Assembly: GCA_965204805.1 (NCBI GenBank)
Contig: OZ242013.1
Coordinates: 2,541,232-2,605,231, forward strand
Direction: 5' to 3'
Origin: Dehalococcoidia bacterium
GTDB lineage: Bacteria > Chloroflexota > Dehalococcoidia > Lucifugimonadales > UBA3495
DNA length: 64,000 bases
Shown here: one piece after another, positions 1 to 9,233 of the stretch
Position numbering within the stretch: the first letter of the stretch is position 1
How the letters are laid out: each line of letters opens with the position of its first letter
The notes under the pieces: model-generated
What the model was told of the DNA's origin: nothing
What the model saw: only the letters and a program-made list of their open reading frames with translations
Database searches by the model: none
Made by a program: the position numbers and the translations under genes

Positions 1-722
1 GCGGCTCGCAGGTAGGATTGCAGATTCACGAATCCTGCGGCCACGCTATCGAGCTGGACCGGGTGCTGGGTTCGGAGGCGGCATACGCCGGTACGTCGTT
101 TCTGACCACCGAGAAGCTGCGGAACTTCAGCTACGGCTCGGAGCAGGTGAACATTACCGCCGACAGCATCCGGCTGCCGGGGCTGGGATCCTTCGGCTTT
201 GATGACGAGGGAGTTCCGGCGCAGTCAACACCCATCGTGGAGGGGGGGCGGTTCGTAGGCTACCTGATGTCGCGGGAGACGGCGGCAACGCTGGGGCTGG
301 AGTCCAACGGGACGATGCGGGCGTCGTCGTGGAACCGGCTGCCGCTGATTCGGATGACCAACGTCAGCCTGGAGCCGGGTCAGTGGGAGCTGGACGACCT
401 GATTGCCGACACTGACGACGGTATTCTGGTGGACACGAACCGGTCATGGTCCATAGACGACCGAAGGTATAACTTCCAGTTCGGCACCGAGGTTGGGTAC
501 GAAATCAAGCAGGGCAAGCTGGGGCGGCTGCTGCGCAACTGCACCTATACCGGCATCACGCCGGAGTTCTGGAACTCTTGCGACGCCGTATGCAACGCCA
601 ACCACTGGACCATGTGGGGCACTCCCAACTGCGGCAAGGGGCAGCCTGGCCAACTGGGCCACACGGGGCACGGCGCAGCCCCGGCCCGCTTCCGCAACGT
701 GCGCGTGGGGGTGATGCGATGA
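1..722 (+). CDS. tldD: TldD-family metalloprotease, C-terminal part (5' end outside window)
   Basis: The frame is open to the window edge. It has the HESCGH (HExxxH) motif and a TldD/PmbA-like C-terminus. Its stop overlaps the next start (ATGA at 719-722). Confidence 0.8.
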   Translation, partial: GSQVGLQIHESCGHAIELDRVLGSEAAYAGTSFLTTEKLRNFSYGSEQVNITADSIRLPGLGSFGFDDEGVPAQSTPIVEGGRFVGYLMSRETAATLGLESNGTMRASSWNRLPLIRMTNVSLEPGQWELDDLIADTDDGILVDTNRSWSIDDRRYNFQFGTEVGYEIKQGKLGRLLRNCTYTGITPEFWNSCDAVCNANHWTMWGTPNCGKGQPGQLGHTGHGAAPARFRNVRVGVMR

Positions 723-2050
723 TTGGCGAAGATGGGGCCCTCGCCCTGCTGGAACGGGCGCTGTCGCTTTCAACAGCGGAGCAGACAGACATTTACCTGA
801 GCAGCCAGGATTTGGGGTTAACGAGGTTCGCCGGCAATGCCATCCACCAGAACGTATCCCACAGCAACGTAACGCTGAACATCCGCGCCGTGGAGGGGCG
901 GCGACTGGGGCGGGCGACCACCAACGACACCTCGGACGATGGCATACGGCGGGCGATGGAAGCGGCGCGGCGCAACGCCCTGCTGATGCCCGAAGACCCG
1001 GCGTTCCCGGGTCTGCCGGAACCGCAGCCCGCGGCGCGAGTGGCGAGCTGGGACGAATCGGCCGCCGCCTGCTCGCCGCTGACACGGGCGCAGATGGTCG
1101 GGGAGGTCTGCCGACAAGGGGCCGCCGAGGGTCTAGACACTGCCGGGGCCTGCCGGACTGGGGTGCAGGAGATTGCAGTGGTCAGCAGCCGGGGCGTCCG
1201 CGCCTATCATGCCGGAACTTTCGCCGGGCTGATTATCACCACCCGTAGCGACACCTCGGCAGGCTGGGCCAAGGGCGGGTCGTGGCGGCTGGACGAGATT
1301 GACTATCCAACACTGGCACGGGAGGCGGTGGACAAGGCGGTGCGGGGGCGTGACCCGCAGCCGGTAACGCCCGGTGAGTATACGGTGGTGCTGGACCATT
1401 ACGCCGTTGACGACATCCTGGAGGCGCTTTCGCTGTACGGCATGGGGGCGCAGGCGGTGCAGGAAGGGCGGAGCTGGATGTGCGGGATTCAGGGAACGAG
1501 GGCGATGAGCGAGTCGGTGTCCATCTGGGACGACGGCGGGGCACTGGACGGTTGGCCGATGCCTTTCGACGTCGAGGGTATGCCGCGCCGCCGGGTGGAG
1601 TTGGTGGAGAGCGGCGTGGTCAACACGCCGGTGCACAACACCTATACGGCGGCGCAAGATGGCGTTGAGTCCACGGGCCACCAGCAATACTTCGTCGGGC
1701 CGCCCATCGCGTCAAATATATTTATGCGGCCGGGGGATAAGAAGGTGGAAGAGCTAATCGCCTCGACGGAGCGGGGGCTGTACATTACACGGTTCTTCTA
1801 CACCCGGCTGTCGCACAACCGGGGCTGCGTGATGACCGGGATGACCCGCGACGGGACGTTCCTGATTGAGGACGGGGAGCTACGTCATCCGGTGAAAGAC
1901 CTGCGCTTCACACAGTCCTACGTGGACGCCCTGAATTCCGTGGAGGGCGTGGGCGACGAAGCCAAGCGGGTGCTGAACGAGGTCGGCTTCGCCACCCGGG
2001 TTCCGGCGCTGAAGCTGGGCAGTTTCAACTTTACCGGGGTTACAGTGTAA
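719..2050 (+). CDS. pmbA: PmbA/TldE-family protease partner
   Basis: Internal ATG (MIGEDGAL...) of ORF 578..2050 is translationally coupled to tldD. It shows TldD/PmbA family sequence features. Confidence 0.8.
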   Translation: MIGEDGALALLERALSLSTAEQTDIYLSSQDLGLTRFAGNAIHQNVSHSNVTLNIRAVEGRRLGRATTNDTSDDGIRRAMEAARRNALLMPEDPAFPGLPEPQPAARVASWDESAAACSPLTRAQMVGEVCRQGAAEGLDTAGACRTGVQEIAVVSSRGVRAYHAGTFAGLIITTRSDTSAGWAKGGSWRLDEIDYPTLAREAVDKAVRGRDPQPVTPGEYTVVLDHYAVDDILEALSLYGMGAQAVQEGRSWMCGIQGTRAMSESVSIWDDGGALDGWPMPFDVEGMPRRRVELVESGVVNTPVHNTYTAAQDGVESTGHQQYFVGPPIASNIFMRPGDKKVEELIASTERGLYITRFFYTRLSHNRGCVMTGMTRDGTFLIEDGELRHPVKDLRFTQSYVDALNSVEGVGDEAKRVLNEVGFATRVPALKLGSFNFTGVTV

Positions 2051-2054
2051 ACTG

Positions 2055-2348
2055 GTGTCAGAAATCCTGTCGAACCGATTCGCCAACCGGGATACCGAGT
2101 TAGCTTTACGAGGCGGCTATGTCCGATGGCTTCCTCCTGACATCCGCCGCCGGGCGAAAGAGAGTCTCCGGCGCGTGGCTCTGACGCCTTCCCTAGAAAA
2201 CCTGCGTTTCCCGCCTTCCCAACGGCTGGAAGCGCTGAGAGGCGACCGGGAAGGTCAGCACAGCATTCGCATTAACGACCAGTGGCGAGTGTGCTTTACC
2301 TGGACTGCGATGGGCGCCACGGAAATTGAAATTACCGACTACCATTAG
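2055..2348 (+). CDS. higB: HigB-like (plasmid maintenance system killer / RelE-fold) toxin
   Basis: 97 aa with a GTG start. The ...RLEALRGDREGQHSIRINDQWRVCFTW... signature is typical of HigB-family toxins. Confidence 0.8.
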   Translation: MSEILSNRFANRDTELALRGGYVRWLPPDIRRRAKESLRRVALTPSLENLRFPPSQRLEALRGDREGQHSIRINDQWRVCFTWTAMGATEIEITDYH

Positions 2349-2361
2349 GGAGGGATGGGCC

Positions 2362-2742
2362 ATGATTGACCCCGAAATCCTTGTTTCCGAAGATACGCCC
2401 CCAGAAGACTTTGAGCCTATACCTCCCATTCACCCCGGCCGAGATTTGGCGGAAATCATCGGAGAGTTGGAGATTAGCCCGGAGCGGCTGGCGGAAACCA
2501 TCGGAGTTCCTACGGATACCGTCAACGGGATTCTTGAAGGCAATCATCCTATAACCGGCGACATAGCCGTCCGCCTCGGCAAGGCTTTCTATATGTCGCC
2601 GGAGCTCTGGCTTAACCTACAGAAGATGTACGAACTGGAAGAGGCTGAGCTTCACACCGATACCAGCTTCATCGTCCCGCTGGTTCCTCCCCCGGACGAG
2701 GAATTGCTGCGGGCGCCCGTCGCCAAGTTCATCAGCCTCTAA
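2362..2742 (+). CDS. higA: HigA-family HTH (XRE) antitoxin
   Basis: IHPGRDLAEIIGELEISPERLAETIGVP...ITGDIAVRLGKAF is a HigA-type HTH. It lies directly downstream of higB. Confidence 0.8.
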   Translation: MIDPEILVSEDTPPEDFEPIPPIHPGRDLAEIIGELEISPERLAETIGVPTDTVNGILEGNHPITGDIAVRLGKAFYMSPELWLNLQKMYELEEAELHTDTSFIVPLVPPPDEELLRAPVAKFISL

Positions 2743-2781
2743 CTCTCTCCCAACCGCGTCAGTGCAATACATTCTCGGCGG

Positions 2782-3603
2782 TCACTGGCCGTTGGCCTCC
2801 ACTTCAGACAGGAATTGCAGCACTCGCTTGGCGTACTTTTCCGGCTCGTCGGCGTGGGGTTTGCACTCGCCCCACTGGCTGTTGGGGACGTGGCGGTGGG
2901 CCATCTCGGCCACGGCGCGGGGGTGGACGTCGTTGTAGCCGGGCATAATCATCGTTGGGACCCGGATGCTGCTCAGCATTTCCTTGGTGCTGCCGAGGGT
3001 GGGGAAGGGGCCGGCGAATAGGGCGTAGATGGTGTCGCGCATCACCTGAATGAACTCTTCGGTGTCCATCGCTTCGAGGTTCGCGCGGTAGTCGGCGTCG
3101 GTCTGGGCGATTTCTGGGCTGAAGGGGGCGAAGCGGTCGTCGGCGTCGAAGGCGTCTATCACTGCGCCTATGCCGTCGGCGGCGGCTATCTCCATGCTCT
3201 TGAACAGCTTGGAGGTCAGGTAGCCGTCGCAGATGACGCCACCGGCGATGTTGGAGGGGAAGATGGCCCGGACGCGCTCGGGGCGGCGGCAGGCGCACCC
3301 GAAGGATATGGCAGCGCCGAAGGAGCCGCCGCCGAGGTAAGCCTGCTCGATTCCCAGGGCGTCCAGCAGACCAAAGACATCCTCGCATACCATGTCCCAC
3401 GTCTGTACCACCATCGGACTGCGGGATTGGCCGCCGAAGCGCCGGTCGTAGACGATTACGCGGTGCTCTTGGGACAGGGCTTCGATCACCTCTCCGTAGC
3501 TGCTGGCCACGCCCTGTAGCCCGCCGGGCGAGAGGATGATGGGCGGGCCGCTGCCGGTCTCTTGGTAGTACAGTTCCGCGCCGTTTACTTTTGCTGTCGC
3601 CAT
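2782..3603 (-). CDS. alpha/beta-fold hydrolase
   Basis: NGAELYY..GSGPPIILSPGG, the nucleophile-elbow-like GGGSFG motif and the length are typical. The start is taken at MATAKV. Confidence 0.75.
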   Translation of the reverse strand: MATAKVNGAELYYQETGSGPPIILSPGGLQGVASSYGEVIEALSQEHRVIVYDRRFGGQSRSPMVVQTWDMVCEDVFGLLDALGIEQAYLGGGSFGAAISFGCACRRPERVRAIFPSNIAGGVICDGYLTSKLFKSMEIAAADGIGAVIDAFDADDRFAPFSPEIAQTDADYRANLEAMDTEEFIQVMRDTIYALFAGPFPTLGSTKEMLSSIRVPTMIMPGYNDVHPRAVAEMAHRHVPNSQWGECKPHADEPEKYAKRVLQFLSEVEANGQ

Positions 3604-3693
3604 TGTCCGGCCTCCTGTACGCATTTTCCCACGATTTCGGTTGAGGGGGATTATAGGCGTGTCGAAAGTGATAGGCAAAGGTTGACCGGATTT

Positions 3694-4833
3694 ATGGACG
3701 CAACTACCATCGCAGAATCAGCCAGCCGAGATAAGGACAGCTTTATGGCAATCGAGCAGTATGGACCAGCAGTAAGGGACGCCGAAGAAAAGATTCTTTC
3801 GTTCCTGCGGGTCTTCGAGTCCATCCAGGAAAATATGCGCGTGGAGAGGCTGGGCGAGTTTCAGGGACAGTTGCGCGAAGTCGCGCCGGATGGGTTCGCT
3901 GGCGTTATCGCCGGATTAGGGCAAGCCACGCCGCCGGAGCCGCTGCGCCCGTTTCACGACGCCTTTACTGCGGCGATTCGTCATTTGGGCAATACTTCCC
4001 AGACGTTTCTGAACGCCAGCGAAAGCAGCTACTCTCTTGCGGGTTTAGATATGCGACGGGCGCTGTGCCGGGGGCTGAACCTGCTGTACGGTATCCGGGC
4101 GGATACGCCAGTGCTGCAAGAATACTGGCTTCTACCGGAGGCGATGGCGGAGCGGGAGACACTGGAAACGCCCTCTCCGGACGCCGACGCTGCGGTAGGG
4201 GTGATACACCGGAGGCGGGCCGCGCCGCTGGCCGATTACTCGCTGTACGTGCCGGAGAGCTACACGCCGGGTCGGGAGTGGCCGCTGATTGTCTGCCTGC
4301 ACGGGGCTTACGGGCGCGGCGACCATTACATCTGGTCGTGGCTGCGCCCGGCCAAGAGCCGGGGCTATATGCTGCTGGCCCCCAAGTCGCTGGACGTTAC
4401 CTGGTCGATACTGCAACCGGAGCGGGACACCCAGTCGGTGGAGGCGATGCTGGAGGAGGTATGCGGGGAGTATGCGGTGGATCGGGGCCGGGTGTACCTG
4501 TCGGGGCTGTCGGACGGGGGGACGTTCACCTGGCTGCTGGGGCTGGGCCGGCCGGAGCTGTTCGCCGGAATCGCGCCGGTGGCCGGCGATTTTACGGGGA
4601 TGATGGACGATATGCTGCGGCGGAAGCAGGGGTTGGGGCTGCCCATCTGTATCGCGCACGGCGCCCACGACCACATCTTTGCGGTGGAGCCGATACGCAG
4701 GGGCCACGCTCTGCTGCAACGGTTGGGCTACAACGCGCGGTACGAGGAGCTGGCGGACTGGGGGCATTCGTACTGTTCGGGCGTGAACGAGCGGGTAGTT
4801 ATGCCGTGGTTCGAGGGGTTGTCTGAACTGTGA
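3694..4833 (+). CDS. esterase / phospholipase-carboxylesterase-type alpha/beta hydrolase with N-terminal extra domain
   Basis: LIVCLHGAYGRGD...YLSGLSDGGTF (GxSxG-like) ...AHGAHDHIF. The last codons and the stop lie inside repeat copy A. Confidence 0.65.
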   Translation: MDATTIAESASRDKDSFMAIEQYGPAVRDAEEKILSFLRVFESIQENMRVERLGEFQGQLREVAPDGFAGVIAGLGQATPPEPLRPFHDAFTAAIRHLGNTSQTFLNASESSYSLAGLDMRRALCRGLNLLYGIRADTPVLQEYWLLPEAMAERETLETPSPDADAAVGVIHRRRAAPLADYSLYVPESYTPGREWPLIVCLHGAYGRGDHYIWSWLRPAKSRGYMLLAPKSLDVTWSILQPERDTQSVEAMLEEVCGEYAVDRGRVYLSGLSDGGTFTWLLGLGRPELFAGIAPVAGDFTGMMDDMLRRKQGLGLPICIAHGAHDHIFAVEPIRRGHALLQRLGYNARYEELADWGHSYCSGVNERVVMPWFEGLSEL

Positions 4834-4914
4834 TTCGTGTGATTTCGATGATTGCGCTGAATTTCGCGCTACTGAATCAAGGCAATCCCTTAATCACAAA
4901 AATCACAGTTCAGA
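4821..4914. repeat. PAL-GATT palindromic intergenic repeat, copy A
   Basis: GTCTGAACTGTGATT...AATCACAGTTCAGA inverted termini, with GATT/AATC phased every 9 nt. Confidence 0.85.
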
Positions 4915-4982
4915 TTTTTGACATAACCTTGCCTCGCTGGTTAAATGCAACCCACTCCAACAGTAATTGAGACAGGTGAGCT

Positions 4983-6062
4983 ATGAAAGCAGCAGTGATG
5001 CGGGAAGTGAACCGGCCCCTGGAAATCGAGGACGTGGATGTGGCGTCGCCCGGGCCGCGCGAGGTGCTGGTGCGCACCGGGGCTTCGGGGGTCTGCCACA
5101 GCGATTTGCACTTCATCGAGGGGCTGTACTCCACGCCGACGCCGATAATCCTGGGGCATGAGGCGGCCGGGACTATCGAAGCCGTCGGGGAACTGGTGGA
5201 CTACGTGAAGCCCGGCGACCGGGTGATAACCTGCCTGTCGGTCTTCTGCGGCACCTGCGAGCGGTGCACCGAGGGGCGCACGGTGCTGTGCTCCCGGACG
5301 GGGCTGACCCGCGGGCCCAGCGAGACGCCGCGCCTGAGCCAGAACGGGCAGGAGGTGATGCAATTCGCCAACCTGTCGTCCTACGCCGAGCAGATGCTGG
5401 TGCATGAGAACGCTGTGGTGAAGATAGACCGCGACGTGCCTTTCGAGCAACTGGCTCTCATCGGCTGCGGCGCGACCACGGGCTTGGGCGCGGCACTGAA
5501 CACCGCCGCCGTGCGCCCCGGCAGCACCGTGGCGGTCATCGGCTGCGGCGGCGTGGGCCTGAACGCCATCCAGGGGGCGGCGCTGGCCGGGGCGCTGCGC
5601 ATCATCGCCATCGACGCGGTGGAGACCAAGCTGACCCTGGCCCAGGAGTTCGGGGCCACCGAGGTCATTGACGCTTCGGGCGGCGACGTGGTCAGAAAGG
5701 TGCGCGACCTGACCAACGGCGGCGTGGACTACTCCTTTGAGGCCATCGGGAAGAAGGAGACGGCGGAGCAGGCGTTCCATATGCTGCGGGCGGGCGGCAC
5801 GGCCACCATCATCGGGATGATACCGCAAGGCACCAAGATCGAGCTGGACGGGCCGTCGTTCCTGCGGGAGCGGCGCATCCAGGGCAGCAGCATGGGCAGC
5901 AACCACTTCCGCACCGATATGCCGCAGTACGTGGAGTTCTACCTGCAAGGCCGCCTGAAGCTGGACGAGCTGGTGTCACGGCGCCTGGGCCTGGAGGACA
6001 TCAACGACGCCTTCGAGTACATGAAGGAAGGCAGCGTGGCGCGGAGCGTGATTACGTTCTAG
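4983..6062 (+). CDS. zinc-dependent alcohol dehydrogenase family oxidoreductase
   Basis: GVCHSDLH, GHEAAGTIEAVG and GCGGVGL Rossmann motifs. Confidence 0.85.
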   Translation: MKAAVMREVNRPLEIEDVDVASPGPREVLVRTGASGVCHSDLHFIEGLYSTPTPIILGHEAAGTIEAVGELVDYVKPGDRVITCLSVFCGTCERCTEGRTVLCSRTGLTRGPSETPRLSQNGQEVMQFANLSSYAEQMLVHENAVVKIDRDVPFEQLALIGCGATTGLGAALNTAAVRPGSTVAVIGCGGVGLNAIQGAALAGALRIIAIDAVETKLTLAQEFGATEVIDASGGDVVRKVRDLTNGGVDYSFEAIGKKETAEQAFHMLRAGGTATIIGMIPQGTKIELDGPSFLRERRIQGSSMGSNHFRTDMPQYVEFYLQGRLKLDELVSRRLGLEDINDAFEYMKEGSVARSVITF

Positions 6063-6087
6063 GGGCGGACAGTCCGCTGGGCAAGGC

Positions 6088-8358
6088 TTGTCTATGACCT
6101 CTATGTACGAACCCGTGGCCAACACCGACCTGGCGCGGCTGCTGGACGGGATGACCGGGCCGGCGACGGTGGAGCCGGAGCCGCCGGACGTTTTCCCCGG
6201 CGGCAAGCGGCCAGACCTGCTGATTACCGCGCCGGGCCGCAGCCCGGTGGTCATCGAGGCGCGGCAGATGCCCGCGGCCAACCTGGAAGAGGACGCCGCG
6301 GCCCGTTTCGCCCTCAACGCCGTCATCGGCGGGCGGGAGTTGGAGGCGGTCATCGCGTTGCGCTATCCGGCAGGGATGACGGCCCTGAACGCCGACACGC
6401 CGCTGGAGTACGCGGCTCTTACCCGCAAGCCAGACGGCGGACTGGACCGTTTCCCTGAATCGGGCTGGCTGGAGGGCAAGGCGGCGGATTTGGCCGACCT
6501 GGTGCGGCTGGTATCGGTTCCACAGAGCGCCGTTGACGATGCGGCCAACTTCCTGCAAGAGGGCATTGACCACGGGGCGGAAATACTGGACGCGGAAGTG
6601 GACAAGCTGCGCCCCGGCATCGCCAGGGAGATTGCGGGCTTGCTGGGAATGGACAACGTGGCGCAGACCCGCCGGATGGCCTGCGCCATCATCGCCAACG
6701 CGATGGTGTTCCACGAGCGCATCGCCGGAATGCACGACAACATCCGCCCACTGCGGTTCGTCTGCGGGCCGGGCATCGCCAACCCGCAGGAGCAAACGCT
6801 GAACGCCTGGGCCGACATCCTGAAAATCAACTACTGGCCCATCTTCGCCATCGCCAAAGACATCCTGGAACAGTTGCCGCCCGACACGGCAAGGCGGTTG
6901 CTGGACATCCTGCGCGAGACCACCGGGAAGGTGAACGGAACCGGCGTCAACAACGCCCACGACCTCACCGGGCGGGTATTCCAGCGGCTGATTTCCGACC
7001 GCAAGTACCTGGCTACTTTCTACACGCTGCCGCCTTCCGCCGCGCTGCTGGCCCGGCTGGCCGTGGCGAAGTTGAAGGCCCCGGCTGCCGTGGATTCCGG
7101 CTTTCGCCGGAATGACGGGGAATTTGACTGGAGCGACGCAGGGGCTATCGGCGGGCTGCGGATTGGCGACTTCGCCTGCGGCACGGGGGCGCTGCTGTCG
7201 GCGGTGTACGAGCAGATAGCGGCCCGGCACGAACAGGCCGGGGGCGATGCGGCGGCCATCCATCCGGTGATGATGGAGGAGGTCCTGTACGGCTGCGACG
7301 TTATGCCGTCGGCCATTCACATCACCGGCTCCACCCTGTCGGGCATACAGCCCGAAACCGGCTTCGGCCAGTCGCGGCTCTACACCATGCCCTACGGACG
7401 GCAGGACGACGGCAGCGTGAAAATCGGCTCGCTGGAGCTGTTGCAGTCGTCGTCGGTGATGACACTGTTCAACACCAGCGACCCGGCGATGCGCACCGGC
7501 AGCGCGGGGGAGGAAACGGCGGCACAAGTCAACGTTGACGTACCTGATTGGGGCTTCGACCTGGTGATAATGAATCCGCCGTTTACCCGCGCCACTAATC
7601 ACGAAGGGTCTCACGCCGACGTGGTGAATCCCGCTTTCGCCGCATTCAACGCCAGCAAGTCGGATATGGACGATATGGGGAAGCGGCTGAACCAGCTTGG
7701 CAAGAACACCTGCTATCACGGCAACGCGGGCATCGCGTCGGCGTTTGCGGCATTGGGACACAGGAAGCTCAAGCCCGGCGGGGTGTTGGCGCTGGTGCTG
7801 CCCTTGTCCGCCGCCGCCGGACTGTCCTGGCAGGGTTTCCGGGATATGCTGGCGAAAGACTATACCGACTTGACGGTATTGAGCATCGCGGCTGACGGAA
7901 GGGATATGTCCTTTTCGTCGGATACTGGAATGGCGGAATGCCTGGTAATCGCTCGCAAGTGCAAGGCCGGTATCCCACCGGGGAAAAGGGCACGTTTCGC
8001 GTCTTTAAGACGGCGGCCTGCGGGTTTTGCTCCGGCGAAAGCGATAGCGGGGAATATCACGGACGCCGGTTATGTCCGCGAACTAGAAAACGGGCCTTAT
8101 GGCGGCACTCGCCTGACAATCGGCGATAAACTGGAAGGTGAAACGCTGAATGCTCCCGCAAGCGAGTCTTGGGGAAGCGTGCGGTTGTCCGATTACTCGC
8201 TGGCGCAAACTGCCTATGCGCTGTCCAATTCCCAATTGTGGCTGCCCGGCAATCCTGAATCTATTGCAGTGAAAGTTGCAGAGGTGGCGCAATCGGCAAA
8301 ATGGGACTGGTTGACCGCGACATTACTGGCCCGGCTCCGCGCGGCCCCTTCTCCCTGA
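6088..8358 (+). CDS. gamma-class N6-adenine DNA methyltransferase with N-terminal PD-(D/E)xK-like nuclease region (type IIG-like)
   Basis: RPDLLI...VVIEAR near the N-terminus. FYT(LPP) motif X, DFACGTGALL motif I and VIMNPPF motif IV are present. Confidence 0.65.
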   Translation: MSMTSMYEPVANTDLARLLDGMTGPATVEPEPPDVFPGGKRPDLLITAPGRSPVVIEARQMPAANLEEDAAARFALNAVIGGRELEAVIALRYPAGMTALNADTPLEYAALTRKPDGGLDRFPESGWLEGKAADLADLVRLVSVPQSAVDDAANFLQEGIDHGAEILDAEVDKLRPGIAREIAGLLGMDNVAQTRRMACAIIANAMVFHERIAGMHDNIRPLRFVCGPGIANPQEQTLNAWADILKINYWPIFAIAKDILEQLPPDTARRLLDILRETTGKVNGTGVNNAHDLTGRVFQRLISDRKYLATFYTLPPSAALLARLAVAKLKAPAAVDSGFRRNDGEFDWSDAGAIGGLRIGDFACGTGALLSAVYEQIAARHEQAGGDAAAIHPVMMEEVLYGCDVMPSAIHITGSTLSGIQPETGFGQSRLYTMPYGRQDDGSVKIGSLELLQSSSVMTLFNTSDPAMRTGSAGEETAAQVNVDVPDWGFDLVIMNPPFTRATNHEGSHADVVNPAFAAFNASKSDMDDMGKRLNQLGKNTCYHGNAGIASAFAALGHRKLKPGGVLALVLPLSAAAGLSWQGFRDMLAKDYTDLTVLSIAADGRDMSFSSDTGMAECLVIARKCKAGIPPGKRARFASLRRRPAGFAPAKAIAGNITDAGYVRELENGPYGGTRLTIGDKLEGETLNAPASESWGSVRLSDYSLAQTAYALSNSQLWLPGNPESIAVKVAEVAQSAKWDWLTATLLARLRAAPSP
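7092..7120. repeat. G-hairpin repeat (ATTCCGGC-TTTC-GCCGGAAT + GACGGGG) inside the methyltransferase ORF
   Basis: Same family as 25217, 49154-49278 and 62571. Translated in frame as ...SGFRRNDGE... Confidence 0.7.
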
Positions 8359-9011
8359 TCGATCCTAGCTCAACTGCTACTTATCCAGCACTATGGAACC
8401 ACGACGCCAAGAAAGAAAATAGAATGGTTTGTAGTCCAGACTTCCAATTAGAAGTAAGGCCCGGGATGGAAGCCAAAGCTGCAACGGTTTGGACAACTGC
8501 AAGCCACACCCATATCAATCGGGATTTTACTTTTGGTTCACAGGCATTGGCCGTTGCCTTTACAGAACGGGATTCAATAGGCGGCAGAGTGTGGCCGAAT
8601 GTGATTTTCGGAAATGGAAAGTATGACTACGCTTTTACGGTATGGGGCAACAGCACATTGGGTTTGCTGGCCTACTGGTGGCACTCCAGCCGTCAGCAGT
8701 CCAGCAAGGCAAGCATGACCATACGCCAGGCCGAAACGCTGCCCGTCCTGGACTTTCGGGCGCTGAGCGATGAGCAGCTTGCGGTGGCGGAGGGCATTTT
8801 CGACGAGTTCCGGGGGCTGGAGCTGCTGCCGGCGTACTTGGCGGACGCCGACGGGAACCGGGCGCTGCTGGACCGGCGGGTGGTGTGCGAGCTGCTGGGG
8901 CTGGGGGAGGAGGCGTACCGGGGCGTGCGGCGGCTGGCGGCGAAGTGGTGCGCGGAGCCGTCGGTGCACGGGGGCAAGCGGCGGCCGACGGGGGCGGGGT
9001 ATGTGGAGTAG
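8301..9011 (+). CDS. probable C-terminal (target-recognition) part of the 6088 methyltransferase, in a different frame
   Basis: Overlaps the 6088..8358 ORF by 58 nt in another frame. This frame only opens after 8258, and there is no independent RBS. Confidence 0.45.
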   Translation: MGLVDRDITGPAPRGPFSLIDPSSTATYPALWNHDAKKENRMVCSPDFQLEVRPGMEAKAATVWTTASHTHINRDFTFGSQALAVAFTERDSIGGRVWPNVIFGNGKYDYAFTVWGNSTLGLLAYWWHSSRQQSSKASMTIRQAETLPVLDFRALSDEQLAVAEGIFDEFRGLELLPAYLADADGNRALLDRRVVCELLGLGEEAYRGVRRLAAKWCAEPSVHGGKRRPTGAGYVE

Positions 9012-9048
9012 GGGAGTGCACAAAGGGACGTCATTCTGCCCCAAAGTG

Positions 9049-9077
9049 TTGACAAATATAGCAAGAATTAGTAGATT
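9049..9077 (+). promoter_or_regulatory. sigma70-like promoter TTGACA-N17-TAGATT
   Basis: Perfect -35 (9049-9054), 17-nt spacer, -10 at 9072-9077. No CDS lies downstream on this strand. Confidence 0.35.
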
Positions 9078-9085
9078 TGGAGTGT

Positions 9086-9230
9086 AAATCCGCGGAGTGG
9101 TTGGATAAGTCGTCGCGTTTTACGGGATAGACGCCAGACATAGCCGCGGGTTTCCCCAAATCCGTGGAGTGGCCGGGGAAACGCCCATCCCGAGAGCGGG
9201 ATGGGTGCCGGACATAGCCACGGATTTCCC
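9086..9230 (+). ncRNA. candidate structured RNA: two tandem ~72-nt stem-loop units
   Basis: Unit 1 closes AAATCCGCGG/CCGCGGGTTT and unit 2 closes AAATCCGTGG/CCACGGATTT, a compensatory C:G to T:A change. AGTGG and GACATAG are conserved. It ends in CCCTTTTC. Confidence 0.25.
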
Positions 9231-9233
9231 TTT

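Noticed and set aside
6052-7761. Very long antisense or overlapping ORFs, for example 6052..7761(-), 4941..5948(-), 15380..16570(+), 25323..26819(+), 57843..58979(-), 63070..63858(-), 18199..19254(+) and 20270..21181(+).
   Set aside because: Each is the shadow of a gene with clear family motifs on the other strand or frame. Their translations are R/G/P/A/H-rich low-complexity strings typical of high-GC off-frame ORFs.
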